A stretch of DNA of 56,354 nucleotides from Eubacteriales Family XIII. Incertae Sedis bacterium (GTDB lineage: Bacteria; Bacillota; Clostridia; Peptostreptococcales; Anaerovoracaceae). The stretch is from the NCBI GenBank assembly GCA_031257175.1, contig JAIRPE010000086.1, forward strand, positions 1 through 56,354, written 5' to 3'. A program made the translations under genes and the position numbers. The notes beneath the pieces are model-generated. The model did no database searches. It had not been told where the DNA came from and saw only the letters and a list, made by a program, of their open reading frames with translations. Below are positions 8,560 through 18,226 of this stretch, piece after piece (the first letter of the stretch is position 1; the number at the start of each line of letters is the position of its first letter).

Positions 8560-9645
8560 TCAGCCGCCCGCTTCGGGACGCGGCGCCACGCTCCTTTTCT
8601 GTTGCTCGTACACCCAGGCCATGACCTCGGCCACCGCCTGGTAGAATTCGGAAGGGATGTATTCGTTGATTTCCACGGAGGCGTACAGGCTCCTGGCCAG
8701 GGGCGGGTTCTCCAGTATGAGGACGCCGCTCTTCTCCGCCGCGGCTATGATGCGGGCCGCCGCCCTGTCCTGCCCCTTGGCCAGCACTATGGGCGCGGGG
8801 TCCGCGTCGATGTCGTACTTCATGGCCACGGCGAAATGGGTCGGGTTGCGCACCACCACGTCGGCCTGGGGCACCATCTGTATCATGCGGTTCATGCTCA
8901 TGGCCCGCTGCTTCTCGCGGCGCTTGCTCTTTATCATCGGGTCGCCCTCGGTCTGCTTGAACTCGTCTTTGACCTCCTGCTTGCTCATCCTCAGCTTCTT
9001 CTCGTAGTCGTACTTCTGGTAGACGTAGTCCAGCGCCGCCACCCCCGCGAATATGAGGCAGACTATCAGCACCATGCCCATGATTTTCCCCGTCATGTAG
9101 CGCAGCCCCTCGTCCATCCGCGTGTTCAGCATGTCGGGGGAAACGACCATCAGCTCCATGATGGTGCTGTACACCAGCCAGATGATCACGCTTATCTTCA
9201 CGACGCTCTTGACAAGCTCCACCAGGGAGCGGACGGAGAATAGCCTTTTCAGGCCCTGCAGGGGGTTGATGCGGTTAAACTTGAATTTCAGCAGCTCCCC
9301 CGTGACCAGGAAGCGGGTCTGGACGCCGCTGACCACGAAGGCTATGAGGAACATGGCGCCCATTATCGGCAGCGCCCCCGCGGCCACGACCACCGCCGCC
9401 TCCCGCCACAAAAGCCCGCTGTCCTCTATGCCCATGCTGTCCATGGAGCCCGCCACGTTCATGACCTTGAAGTAAAATTCCCTTAATTGGGAAACGATGA
9501 GGGGCGACAGGTTCACCGCCATGAAGAAGCCCACCAGGATGGACGCCACGCTGACTATGTCCCTGCTCTTAAAGACATTGCCCTTCTTCCGCTCGTCGCT
9601 CCGCTTTTTGGAAGTGGCTTTTTCTGTCTTATTGGTGTCGGCCAC
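8560..9645 (-). CDS. flhB: flagellar type III export switch protein FlhB
   Basis: GTG start with AAGGTGGTGA RBS. Four TM segments and the NPTH autocleavage motif (VVVRNPTHFAVAMKY). Follows fliR. Confidence 0.93.
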   Translation of the reverse strand: MADTNKTEKATSKKRSDERKKGNVFKSRDIVSVASILVGFFMAVNLSPLIVSQLREFYFKVMNVAGSMDSMGIEDSGLLWREAAVVVAAGALPIMGAMFLIAFVVSGVQTRFLVTGELLKFKFNRINPLQGLKRLFSVRSLVELVKSVVKISVIIWLVYSTIMELMVVSPDMLNTRMDEGLRYMTGKIMGMVLIVCLIFAGVAALDYVYQKYDYEKKLRMSKQEVKDEFKQTEGDPMIKSKRREKQRAMSMNRMIQMVPQADVVVRNPTHFAVAMKYDIDADPAPIVLAKGQDRAAARIIAAAEKSGVLILENPPLARSLYASVEINEYIPSEFYQAVAEVMAWVYEQQKRSVAPRPEAGG

Positions 9646-9668
9646 GGCTTCTCACCACCTTCCCCGCG

Positions 9669-10445
9669 CTATAGCGCCAGCCTCCCTATGGCTTCGTCGA
9701 GCCGCTGCATCATTATCCCGTTGATCTGCGTCATGAAGCGGGTCAGCACCGGCACTATGGTCAGCAGTATCACCATCCCGCAGATCACCTTCATCTGGAT
9801 GTTCACCACGAACACGTTGATGTTCGGCACCACCTTCATCATGATGCCCACCGCCACCTCCACCACCATTATGGTGACTATCCACGGCAGCGCGAGCTGA
9901 ACCCCGTAAATCAGCACGTAGGCGAAAAGCTCTATCACGTACATGGATATCTCGCCATTGACCCGCTCAAAGCCGAGGGGCGCCACGTCGTAGGATTTCT
10001 GCGCCACGGCCATCAGGTTCATGTGGCTGTTGGTGACGAAGAAGAGCATGGAGTAGAAAATCGTCATGAGGTTGCCCGTTATGGACACGTTTGAATTCGT
10101 CGTGGGGTCGTACATGGAGGCCATGGCCAGGCCCATCTGATAGTCGATGAGCTGGCCGCCGAAGTGGAAAACGGCGAAAAACAGCGTCATCACGAAGCCC
10201 AGGACGAAGCCCACAGCGAATTCCTTCACCAGCGTGACCATCATCTCGACGCCGCTGTAGCCCACGACCGTCACGCCCTCCAGCCCCGAGGCGGTGAAAA
10301 GCGCCAGCCCCAGCGCCAGCCCGACCTTCACCACGGACGGGATGTTCTGCCTGCCGAATATGGGGTTTAGGGCTATGACGCCGAAGAGCCTGCAAGCGGC
10401 GAACATCAGCACCAGCAGATAGTTCAAATCAACCATTGTCTCCAC
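9669..10445 (-). CDS. fliR: flagellar export apparatus protein FliR
   Basis: 258-aa polytopic membrane protein (FGVIALNPIFG..., GGQLIDYQMGLAMASMYDP) between fliQ and flhB. Start uncertain: GTG at 10445 or ATG at 10436. Confidence 0.9.
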   Translation of the reverse strand: METMVDLNYLLVLMFAACRLFGVIALNPIFGRQNIPSVVKVGLALGLALFTASGLEGVTVVGYSGVEMMVTLVKEFAVGFVLGFVMTLFFAVFHFGGQLIDYQMGLAMASMYDPTTNSNVSITGNLMTIFYSMLFFVTNSHMNLMAVAQKSYDVAPLGFERVNGEISMYVIELFAYVLIYGVQLALPWIVTIMVVEVAVGIMMKVVPNINVFVVNIQMKVICGMVILLTIVPVLTRFMTQINGIMMQRLDEAIGRLAL

Positions 10446-10496
10446 GTTTCCCGCAGGCGGCGCCCGAGGGCCTCAAGGGGGGGCGCGCGCGCCCGT

Positions 10497-10766
10497 TCAG
10501 CCCGTCATCACCGCCATCACCTCGAACAGCCTCAGCGTCAGGTCCACCAGCTTCTGCATCATGAAATTGCCGAATATGATAAGCACCAGGGCTATGACGA
10601 TGATTTTGGGCACGAAGGTGAGGGTCTGCTCGTTGATGGAGGTGGCGGCCTGGAAAACGGCTATTATCAAGCCCACCAGAATGCTCAGGCCCAAAATCGG
10701 GCCTCCCACCACAAACCCCGTCATAATCGCGTCCTGCAATATTTCCTGTAACTGTAATGTAGTCAT
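10497..10766 (-). CDS. fliQ: flagellar export apparatus protein FliQ
   Basis: 89-aa two-TM protein (GGPILGLSILVGLIIAVFQAATSINEQTLTFVPKI). ATG at 10766. An in-frame TTG at 10775 overlaps the fliP stop and is the alternative start. Confidence 0.9.
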   Translation of the reverse strand: MTTLQLQEILQDAIMTGFVVGGPILGLSILVGLIIAVFQAATSINEQTLTFVPKIIVIALVLIIFGNFMMQKLVDLTLRLFEVMAVMTG

Positions 10767-10771
10767 AGGCG

Positions 10772-11425
10772 TCAATTAAAGGACATGACCAACGTCCTGA
10801 CCAGCAGGCCCCACCCGTCCACGACCACGAACAGCAGTATCTTGAAGGGCAACGAAATCATGACGGGCGGCAGCATTATCATGCCCATAGACATGAGGGT
10901 GCTGGCGACGATGGTGTCTATTACTAAAAATGGGATAAAAAGCAGGAACCCGATGAGGAAGGCCCGTTTCAGCTCGCTGATGAGGAAGGCAGGCACCACG
11001 ACGGACAACGGCAGGTCAACGCCTGACAGTTCGTCCACGGCGGGGCTTTTCGACAGGCTCTTGAAAAACCCCACTTCGTCGACGCCTGTCTGGGCGAGCA
11101 TGAATTCTTTTATGGGCACCTGCGCCCTGTCCAGAAACTCCTGGGACTCTATGAGCCTGTCGTTGTAGGGCTGGAGGGCGTCGTCGTTTATGCGGTCCAG
11201 CACGGGCGACATGATGAAAAAGCTTATGAAGAGCGCCAGGCCTACGAGAACCTGCGTAGGAGGCGTCTGCTGCAGGCCCATGGCCTGCCTAAGAAAACCC
11301 AGCACGATGATGACCCGCGTGAAACAGGTCATCATGAGCAGCATGAACGGCGCGACGGTAATGAGCGTCAAGATGACGATGATCCTCACTACGTCGGATC
11401 CCCCGCCGTTAATCATTACTTCCAT
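10772..11425 (-). CDS. fliP: flagellar export apparatus protein FliP
   Basis: 217 aa with FliP hallmarks (FTRVIIVLGFLRQAMGLQQTPP, LISELKRAFLIGFLLFIPFLVIDTIVAS). Confidence 0.93.
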   Translation of the reverse strand: MEVMINGGGSDVVRIIVILTLITVAPFMLLMMTCFTRVIIVLGFLRQAMGLQQTPPTQVLVGLALFISFFIMSPVLDRINDDALQPYNDRLIESQEFLDRAQVPIKEFMLAQTGVDEVGFFKSLSKSPAVDELSGVDLPLSVVVPAFLISELKRAFLIGFLLFIPFLVIDTIVASTLMSMGMIMLPPVMISLPFKILLFVVVDGWGLLVRTLVMSFN

Positions 11426-11479
11426 CCCATATCCCCCAGATAAATACGACCGAACGTTGTCGGTTATTGCTTAGATATC

Positions 11480-11508
11480 ATTTTATCATGGTTTTTTTGA
11501 TTTTACAA
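11480..11508 (-). promoter_or_regulatory. candidate extended -10 sigma-A promoter of the fliPQR-flhB operon
   Basis: Minus strand: TTGTAA (11508-11503), 17-nt spacer, TAAAAT (11485-11480), preceded by TGA (ATGATAAAAT). Lies in an AT-rich 195-bp spacer upstream of fliP. Confidence 0.4.
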
Positions 11509-11621
11509 GGTATTTTTATAGAAATATAAATTTATGGGATAATATGGAACTATTGCTTGAATTTTTGCGAAAACAAAATCAATAGTAGAGCGCGGCACTC
11601 GCAAGGCCGTTCTACGGGAAC

Positions 11622-12737
11622 TCAACAGCCTTGAGCTATGGCTTGCGCGGCGTCCATTCCCAGCAGCGCCACTCCGACCGCGTTGTCGGAGGACAAGTTG
11701 GCGTCCCCGAACACGCACTCCGGACGTGGGGCCGCGCCTGTTCCTCCCCACGCGGGCGCCCCGTTTTTCGTCTTACGCGGCCCCGACGCGCGGTTTGCGC
11801 GAACGGACTCCGCCTCCACCCATGCGGGCAAGCTGCCTCGGAGGAACATCGACGCGGCCACCCCTCCCGTGAACAAGACCTTGTCAATGCCGTATTCGGC
11901 GGCGGCGCTCACGGTGATGGCCGTTATCGCGGACCCGATGCGGCAAAACACTTCATGAACCAGGCCCCCCGCCGAAAATGGGATCCCCTCCCGCGCGGGC
12001 CGCTTTTCCGTATTTTCACGGCTTTTCAGCCTCTCTATTTCCCTCAGGGCTTGGGTCTCAATGCCGGAAAGGTTAAAAGACAGGCCGTCCACGGCTATCG
12101 CGCTTAATACGGGCGCCCCCACCATTTGCCTGACGCCATCCGCTTCCGCTCCCATTCCGGCTTCATGCCCCGTCGCCATAACGTCCAGAGCCGCCCCGCA
12201 GGGGAACGGCGCCTCCAACGCCACGCCGACCCGATCCAACAGCTGGCCGAATGAAATATCCTTGCTGCCGCCCACCTTACGCGCCGCGCCTTCTTCAAAA
12301 AACAGCAACTCCGACGTTCCGCCGGATATGTGCCAAGCCAAAAAACGCTCCTTGTATTCCAGGCAGGTCCCCCGCACCCCGGCGCGCGCGTGCCCCTCCT
12401 GATGGGAAAACCTCAAAAGCGGCACGCCCAGCGCCGTCGCCACTGCCTCCCCATACCTTAGCCCCGCGAGAAAGACGGGCATATAAGAGCCGTCGGCCGG
12501 CCTGGGCCTGTCGCTCACCGCCACGGCGCCTATATTGAGCCTATGCTCGCGCAAAACGGGCCCCGCCAACTCCGGAAGGTTCTCCCAATGCTGGAAAAGC
12601 GCCTCCGACTGCCTTAGCCCTCTTCCGCCGGGCTTGACGACGAGACGCTTCCTGCCATCCTCCAACACTTCGCCCGCCGCGCCGACAAGCGCCACGGAAC
12701 TGGTATAGTTGCTGGTGTCGAATCCCAAAACTGTCAT
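11622..12737 (-). CDS. Kae1/TsaD-like (peptidase M22 / glycoprotease family) protein
   Basis: N-terminal VLGFDTSNYTSSVALV and the metal-site-like FSHQEGH motif. Its ATG overlaps the nusB stop (ATGA). The C-terminal third carries an unusual basic/Gly-rich insertion. Confidence 0.6.
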   Translation of the reverse strand: MTVLGFDTSNYTSSVALVGAAGEVLEDGRKRLVVKPGGRGLRQSEALFQHWENLPELAGPVLREHRLNIGAVAVSDRPRPADGSYMPVFLAGLRYGEAVATALGVPLLRFSHQEGHARAGVRGTCLEYKERFLAWHISGGTSELLFFEEGAARKVGGSKDISFGQLLDRVGVALEAPFPCGAALDVMATGHEAGMGAEADGVRQMVGAPVLSAIAVDGLSFNLSGIETQALREIERLKSRENTEKRPAREGIPFSAGGLVHEVFCRIGSAITAITVSAAAEYGIDKVLFTGGVAASMFLRGSLPAWVEAESVRANRASGPRKTKNGAPAWGGTGAAPRPECVFGDANLSSDNAVGVALLGMDAAQAIAQGC

Positions 12738-13141
12738 CGCGTTCCGATCAGCTTGCCCAATATGCCGTTGACGAACTTCGAGGAATCGTCCCCGCCAAAA
12801 ATCTTCGCCAGATCCACGGCCTCGTTCGCCGACACGGAGGCGGGGATATTGTCCATGAACATGACCTCAGCCGCCGCTATCCGCAGTATGGTGAGGTCAA
12901 CCCTGGCCATCCTGGCCGTCCTCCAATTGTCACTGCTTCGCTCGATAGCCGCGTCTATCGTTTCGAGATTGTCCCTCACATGCTCATAAATGGAGACTAT
13001 GAAGCCGCGCTGGGACGCGTCCTCCAAGTATTTCCTCAGATAGTCCTCCATGGCCTCGGGGCTGAAATCCGTCTGCGCGTCCATCTGGAACAGCATCTGC
13101 ATGGCCGTCTCTCTGGCCAAAGACCGCCTACCCCTGCCCAT
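12734..13141 (-). CDS. nusB: transcription antitermination factor NusB
   Basis: 135 aa: ARETAMQMLFQMD..., VDLTILRIAAAEVMF..IP..V..NEAVDLAKIFGGDDSSKFVNGILGKL. Confidence 0.92.
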   Translation of the reverse strand: MGRGRRSLARETAMQMLFQMDAQTDFSPEAMEDYLRKYLEDASQRGFIVSIYEHVRDNLETIDAAIERSSDNWRTARMARVDLTILRIAAAEVMFMDNIPASVSANEAVDLAKIFGGDDSSKFVNGILGKLIGTR

Positions 13142-13514
13142 TTTCCGCCCCCCGCGCCTCGCCTGCGGGAAACCGCACTCCCTGAACGCCCACGTTCACC
13201 GCCTTCACCACCGCGTCCATCGCGTTTTCCAATTCGGTTTTCACGTTTTTTTGCAGATTCCACGCCACCTCGGGGACTTTCACTCCGTAATCGATGATGA
13301 TTTGGACGTCCACCACGATCCCTTCTTCATCCTCCGAAACCCTTATCCCTTTGGACTTCAGCTCTTTCCCCAAAATATTCTGGGACAATGCGCCCTGGAA
13401 CCCGCCGAATAGGTCGCTCACGCCCTTCGTGCGGAGCGCCGCCTCCCGAACGCACGCCGCTATGACGTCTTCCGAGATAGTGACGGATCCAAACCCGTTG
13501 AACTCACCTGCCAT
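13128..13514 (-). CDS. Asp23/Gls24 family alkaline-shock/envelope stress protein
   Basis: Start set at MAGEFNGFG (ATG 13514), preceded by AGGTGA. ISEDVIAACVREAALRTKGV and VDVQIIIDYGVKVPEVAWNLQKNV are typical of Asp23. The position upstream of nusB is common in Firmicutes. Confidence 0.85.
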   Translation of the reverse strand: MAGEFNGFGSVTISEDVIAACVREAALRTKGVSDLFGGFQGALSQNILGKELKSKGIRVSEDEEGIVVDVQIIIDYGVKVPEVAWNLQKNVKTELENAMDAVVKAVNVGVQGVRFPAGEARGAENGQG

Positions 13515-14889
13515 TTTGCTCACCTGCCGTTGTAGCCTCAATCCCCTCTTCCCCCTTCGCCGCCTCAGGCATCGTTATAGTCAGCAATATCTTGTCCACC
13601 CTGCGCTCCTTGACGGATTCCACCCTAAAAGCGCAGTCCCCTTCCTCAACCACGTACTCCCTCGAGTCGTCCTCCACGGGTATCTCCCCTATCCTGTCTA
13701 TGATAAACCCGCCCACAGTCTCATGCTCGCTGGATTCAATGGCCAACCCCAGCTCCTCGTTCAAGTCGTCTATGTAATAGCCGCCGTCCAGCAACCAAGT
13801 GTTCGTCCCTGTTTTCTCAAGCTTAGGCTCGTCGTCGTCGTACTCGTCGTCAATGTTGCCCATTATCTCCTCGATGATGTCCTCTATGGTCACCATGCCC
13901 GAAAAACCGCCGTACTCGTCTATGAGCAGCGCCACATGGGTTTTGGTTTTCTGCATCTCGTGGAACAATTCGTCAATATTTTTGCTCTCCGGCACGAAAT
14001 ACGGCTTTTGAAGTATCTTCCTGATATGCACCTTCTCAAAGCCGTACTGTCTGGCGCGTATGATGAAGTCCTTCATGTAGAGGACGCCTATGACGTCGTC
14101 AACATCCTTGTCGTACACGGGCACCCTGGAATACTTCTCCTCCAGCAACTCGTCCACGTAGCTTGACAGAGGCTCATTGATGTTGATCATGTATACGTCC
14201 GTCCTGGGGGTCATAATCTCGTAGGCCAGCTTGTCGTCAAACTCGAATATGCTGGCTATCATCTCCTTGCCGGACTCGTTGATCTGCCCCGTCTCCTGCC
14301 CGACCTCCAGCAAGGACTTTATCTCCTCCTCGGAGTACTGGTCCTCAGCCTTGAGGCTGTCCCTGCCTGATATTTTCAGCAAAATGTTCACGGACTTGGA
14401 GAGAAGCCAGACGAAAGGCGCGGCTATCACGGATATGGCCTGTATGGGACGCGCCGAAAACAGCGCTATTTTTTCAGGCGCCAGCAACGCCATGCGCTTT
14501 GGGTAAAGCTCGCCCAGCACGAGGTTGAAGAAAGCCAGTATGAAGGTTATGGCCACCACCGCTATCTGATAGGCGTACGGCACGCCAAAACCGGCAAAAA
14601 ACACGCTCACGTCCTCGCCCATGGATGTGGCCGCCACCGCGCTGGTCAAAAAACCCGCAAGGGTTATGACCACCTGTATGGTGGATAAAAACCTGTTTGG
14701 CTGCTCGAGCAGGCCCTGCAATATCCGCGCCCGCTTGTTCCCCTCCGCGGCCAGGTTCTTTATCCTCGCCTTGCTTACCGACACGATGGCGATTTCCGCA
14801 GCGGAAAAATACGCGTTAACCAACGTCAACGCGAGCAAAAACAGCAGTTGTGGCAAATAAGACCATCGTTCGGGATCCGGTTCCGGCAT
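13504..14889 (-). CDS. hemolysin-family protein (CNNM/DUF21 TM domain + CBS pair + CorC_HlyC domain; TlyC/CorC-like)
   Basis: Start at MPEPDPE (ATG 14889), preceded by GGAGGGG. NAYFSAAEIAIVS (DUF21), CBS region (MTPRTDV...VPVYDKDVDDVIGVLYMKD) and a C-terminal transporter-associated domain. Confidence 0.88.
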   Translation of the reverse strand: MPEPDPERWSYLPQLLFLLALTLVNAYFSAAEIAIVSVSKARIKNLAAEGNKRARILQGLLEQPNRFLSTIQVVITLAGFLTSAVAATSMGEDVSVFFAGFGVPYAYQIAVVAITFILAFFNLVLGELYPKRMALLAPEKIALFSARPIQAISVIAAPFVWLLSKSVNILLKISGRDSLKAEDQYSEEEIKSLLEVGQETGQINESGKEMIASIFEFDDKLAYEIMTPRTDVYMININEPLSSYVDELLEEKYSRVPVYDKDVDDVIGVLYMKDFIIRARQYGFEKVHIRKILQKPYFVPESKNIDELFHEMQKTKTHVALLIDEYGGFSGMVTIEDIIEEIMGNIDDEYDDDEPKLEKTGTNTWLLDGGYYIDDLNEELGLAIESSEHETVGGFIIDRIGEIPVEDDSREYVVEEGDCAFRVESVKERRVDKILLTITMPEAAKGEEGIEATTAGEQNGR

Positions 14890-15020
14890 GTTTCCCCTCC
14901 AAATAGATGACACGTTCCGATTTTTCGCGGATCGACGGCGGCTCCCCTGCCACCTGAGTTATATTATACAGTATTTGGCGCCTTGTGTCCAATGCTTTCC
15001 ACAGTCCAATGTTTTCCATA

Positions 15021-15049
15021 TTGCCGCGATCAGAAAAAAATGCTATAAT
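15021..15049 (+). promoter_or_regulatory. candidate extended -10 sigma-A promoter for the PNPOx-family gene
   Basis: TTGCCG (15021-15026), 17-nt spacer, TGcTATAAT (TATAAT at 15044-15049). Leaves a GC-rich leader of about 125 nt. Confidence 0.5.
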
Positions 15050-15183
15050 TTAAGCATATTCGGTGAGCCGCCTAGGCGTTCGCAGGAGGCTGCGGCGGCT
15101 CCGGTCGCCGCGTCGCAGGAGACGCGGTCAGGTTATCAGGCGCTGGCGTAGGCTATGATATCATTGTGAAAGGAGGCGCCGCT

Positions 15184-15585
15184 ATGAGGGAAGTTTGTGA
15201 GTTTTTGAAGAAGTGCCAGACATACTATCTGGCCACGGTGGAGGGCGATCAGCCCCGCGTCCGGCCTTTCGGCACGGCGGAAATTTTTGAAGGCAGACTT
15301 TACATGCAGACAGAGAGGAACAAGGCCGTTTCAAAGCAAATGAAATCCAACCCCAAAGTAGAGATATGCGCGTATGACGACGCCAGTCAGAGTTGGCTTC
15401 GAATCGCCGCCACGGCGATAGATGACAGCCGCCGCGAAGTCAGGGCGCATATGCTGGGCGCGTACCCGGCTCTTCGTGACATGGGCTATTCTGAGGATGA
15501 CGACAAAACTCAGACGCTCTATTTGAAGGAGGCCACCGCCACATTTTACAGTTTCGACGGAGCAAGCAGAACCGTCCGTTTCTGA
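15184..15585 (+). CDS. pyridoxamine 5'-phosphate oxidase family (FMN-binding split-barrel) protein
   Basis: ATG at 15184, 7 nt after AAAGGAGG. YYLATVEGDQPRVRPFG...GRLYMQT...K..QMKSNPKVEICAY is typical of the PNPOx-like/general stress protein 26 family. Confidence 0.8.
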   Translation: MREVCEFLKKCQTYYLATVEGDQPRVRPFGTAEIFEGRLYMQTERNKAVSKQMKSNPKVEICAYDDASQSWLRIAATAIDDSRREVRAHMLGAYPALRDMGYSEDDDKTQTLYLKEATATFYSFDGASRTVRF

Positions 15586-15652
15586 ATGTTGCACGGGCGG
15601 ATCGCAAAAGGCCGCAGTTAGTGGCAAAAACAAATATCGGCAACGCTCTAAC

Positions 15653-15688
15653 CAGGCGCCGATCGGCAACAAAACCGATCGGCGCCTG
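15653..15688. terminator. 14-bp perfect hairpin between convergent genes (likely bidirectional terminator)
   Basis: CAGGCGCCGATCGG (15653-15666), loop caacaaaa, CCGATCGGCGCCTG (15675-15688). No strong U-tract on either side. Confidence 0.55.
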
Positions 15689-15752
15689 TTGTTGCTCAGC
15701 CGAATAAACATTGCGCATTTGCCGGTCCTTTATCGGGCGGCGCGTTCTCCCC

Positions 15753-17205
<1,453 letters not shown>

Positions 17206-17222
<17 letters not shown>

Positions 17223-18153
17223 AATATTCACCAACCTCGACTTCTTCCAACACGCCCAGCGCGTCGTCAGCCAAAATCGCCGCCGAGCAGTAAAGCGACA
17301 GCAGATAGGACGCCACCCCATTGTCGTCAATGCCCCTGAAACGGACGGACAGGCCCCTGGACTGCTCGTTGGGCAGCCCCGACTGGTAAAGCCCTATGAC
17401 CCCGCGCTTCGCCTCGCCCGTGCGCACCAGCAGTATGTTGGTTTTCCCGCCCTTGGCCTTGGGGTTTTTCAGCCCGTCCACGAAAAGCTTGTCTGTGGGT
17501 ATGATAGGCACGCCCCGCCAGGTAACGAACGTCCCGCCGTTGACGCTCGCCGTCACCGGAGGCACCCCCCTGCGGGTGCATTCGCGCTCGAAAGCCGCGA
17601 TGGCCCTGGGGTGGGCCAAAAAAAAGCCGGGATCCTTCCACACCTTGCTGATAAGCTCGTCCAAATCGTCAGGAGTGGGCGCCTTCTTCAGGGGCTTTAT
17701 CCGCTGCCCGTCGGCCGCGTTTTTCAAAAGGCCGTAATCGTCGCTGTTGATTATCTGGCTTTCCTGCCGTTCCTTAAGGCTCTCTATGGCCAGCCCTATC
17801 TGCTCGCCAAGCTGGTCGTAGGGCGCGCCGTACACGTCCGAGACCTTCGTGTCAACGTTTATGACGGTGGAAATTGAGCTGAGGTGGTACTCCCTGGGCT
17901 TCGCCTGGTACTCCACGTAGCCCTGGGGGATGTCCAGACGGTCGGGATCCTGGCTGCACAACACGTCCAACGGCGTGTCCCCCTCCACTACCCTGTTGAC
18001 GCGGTAAACGCCGGCTTCCAGCCCCTTAAACTCGATGAACCTGGTCACCCATCTGGGCGTCAGCGCCCCGTACTGGGGCCTTGTTTTCGTCACGTCGGCC
18101 AATTGGAACGCCGCCTCGCGCCCCAGCGCGTTCAATAAATTCCTGTCAGGCAT
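17206..18153 (-). CDS. Family 2A encapsulin nanocompartment shell protein
   Basis: 315 aa. N-terminal signature TKTRPQYGALTPRWVTRFIEFKGLEAGVYRVNRV matches the Family 2 encapsulin pattern (TK..PQ...TPRW......G.YRVNR). No cNMP-binding insertion, which points to subfamily 2A. Sits directly upstream of, and overlaps, a desulfurase with a disordered N-terminus. GGAGGG RBS. Confidence 0.8.
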
Positions 18154-18226
18154 GATAATTCCCTCCTCTTTAACATTCTCTTTAACATTTCCCCGCTCGG
18201 ATCATCCCCAACCCAAAGCCTTCTTG

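Noticed and set aside
9967-10395. Alternative-frame ORFs inside the flagellar genes (for example 9967-10395, 9652-9885 and 8602-9243)
   Set aside because: They are out of frame or antisense to FliR and FlhB, which have canonical membrane-protein sequences. The alternative translations are His/Arg/Gly-rich artefacts.
15633-15640. GCCGATAT (a perfect sigma-28 -10 box) on the minus strand
   Set aside because: The position 15 nt upstream reads GGCG rather than TAAA. The site lies between convergent gene ends, next to the terminator hairpin, and would drive antisense transcription into the PNPOx gene. Other GCCGATA occurrences inside CDSs (near 9362, 31430, 38860, 43450 and 47333) likewise lack a TAAA at the correct spacing.
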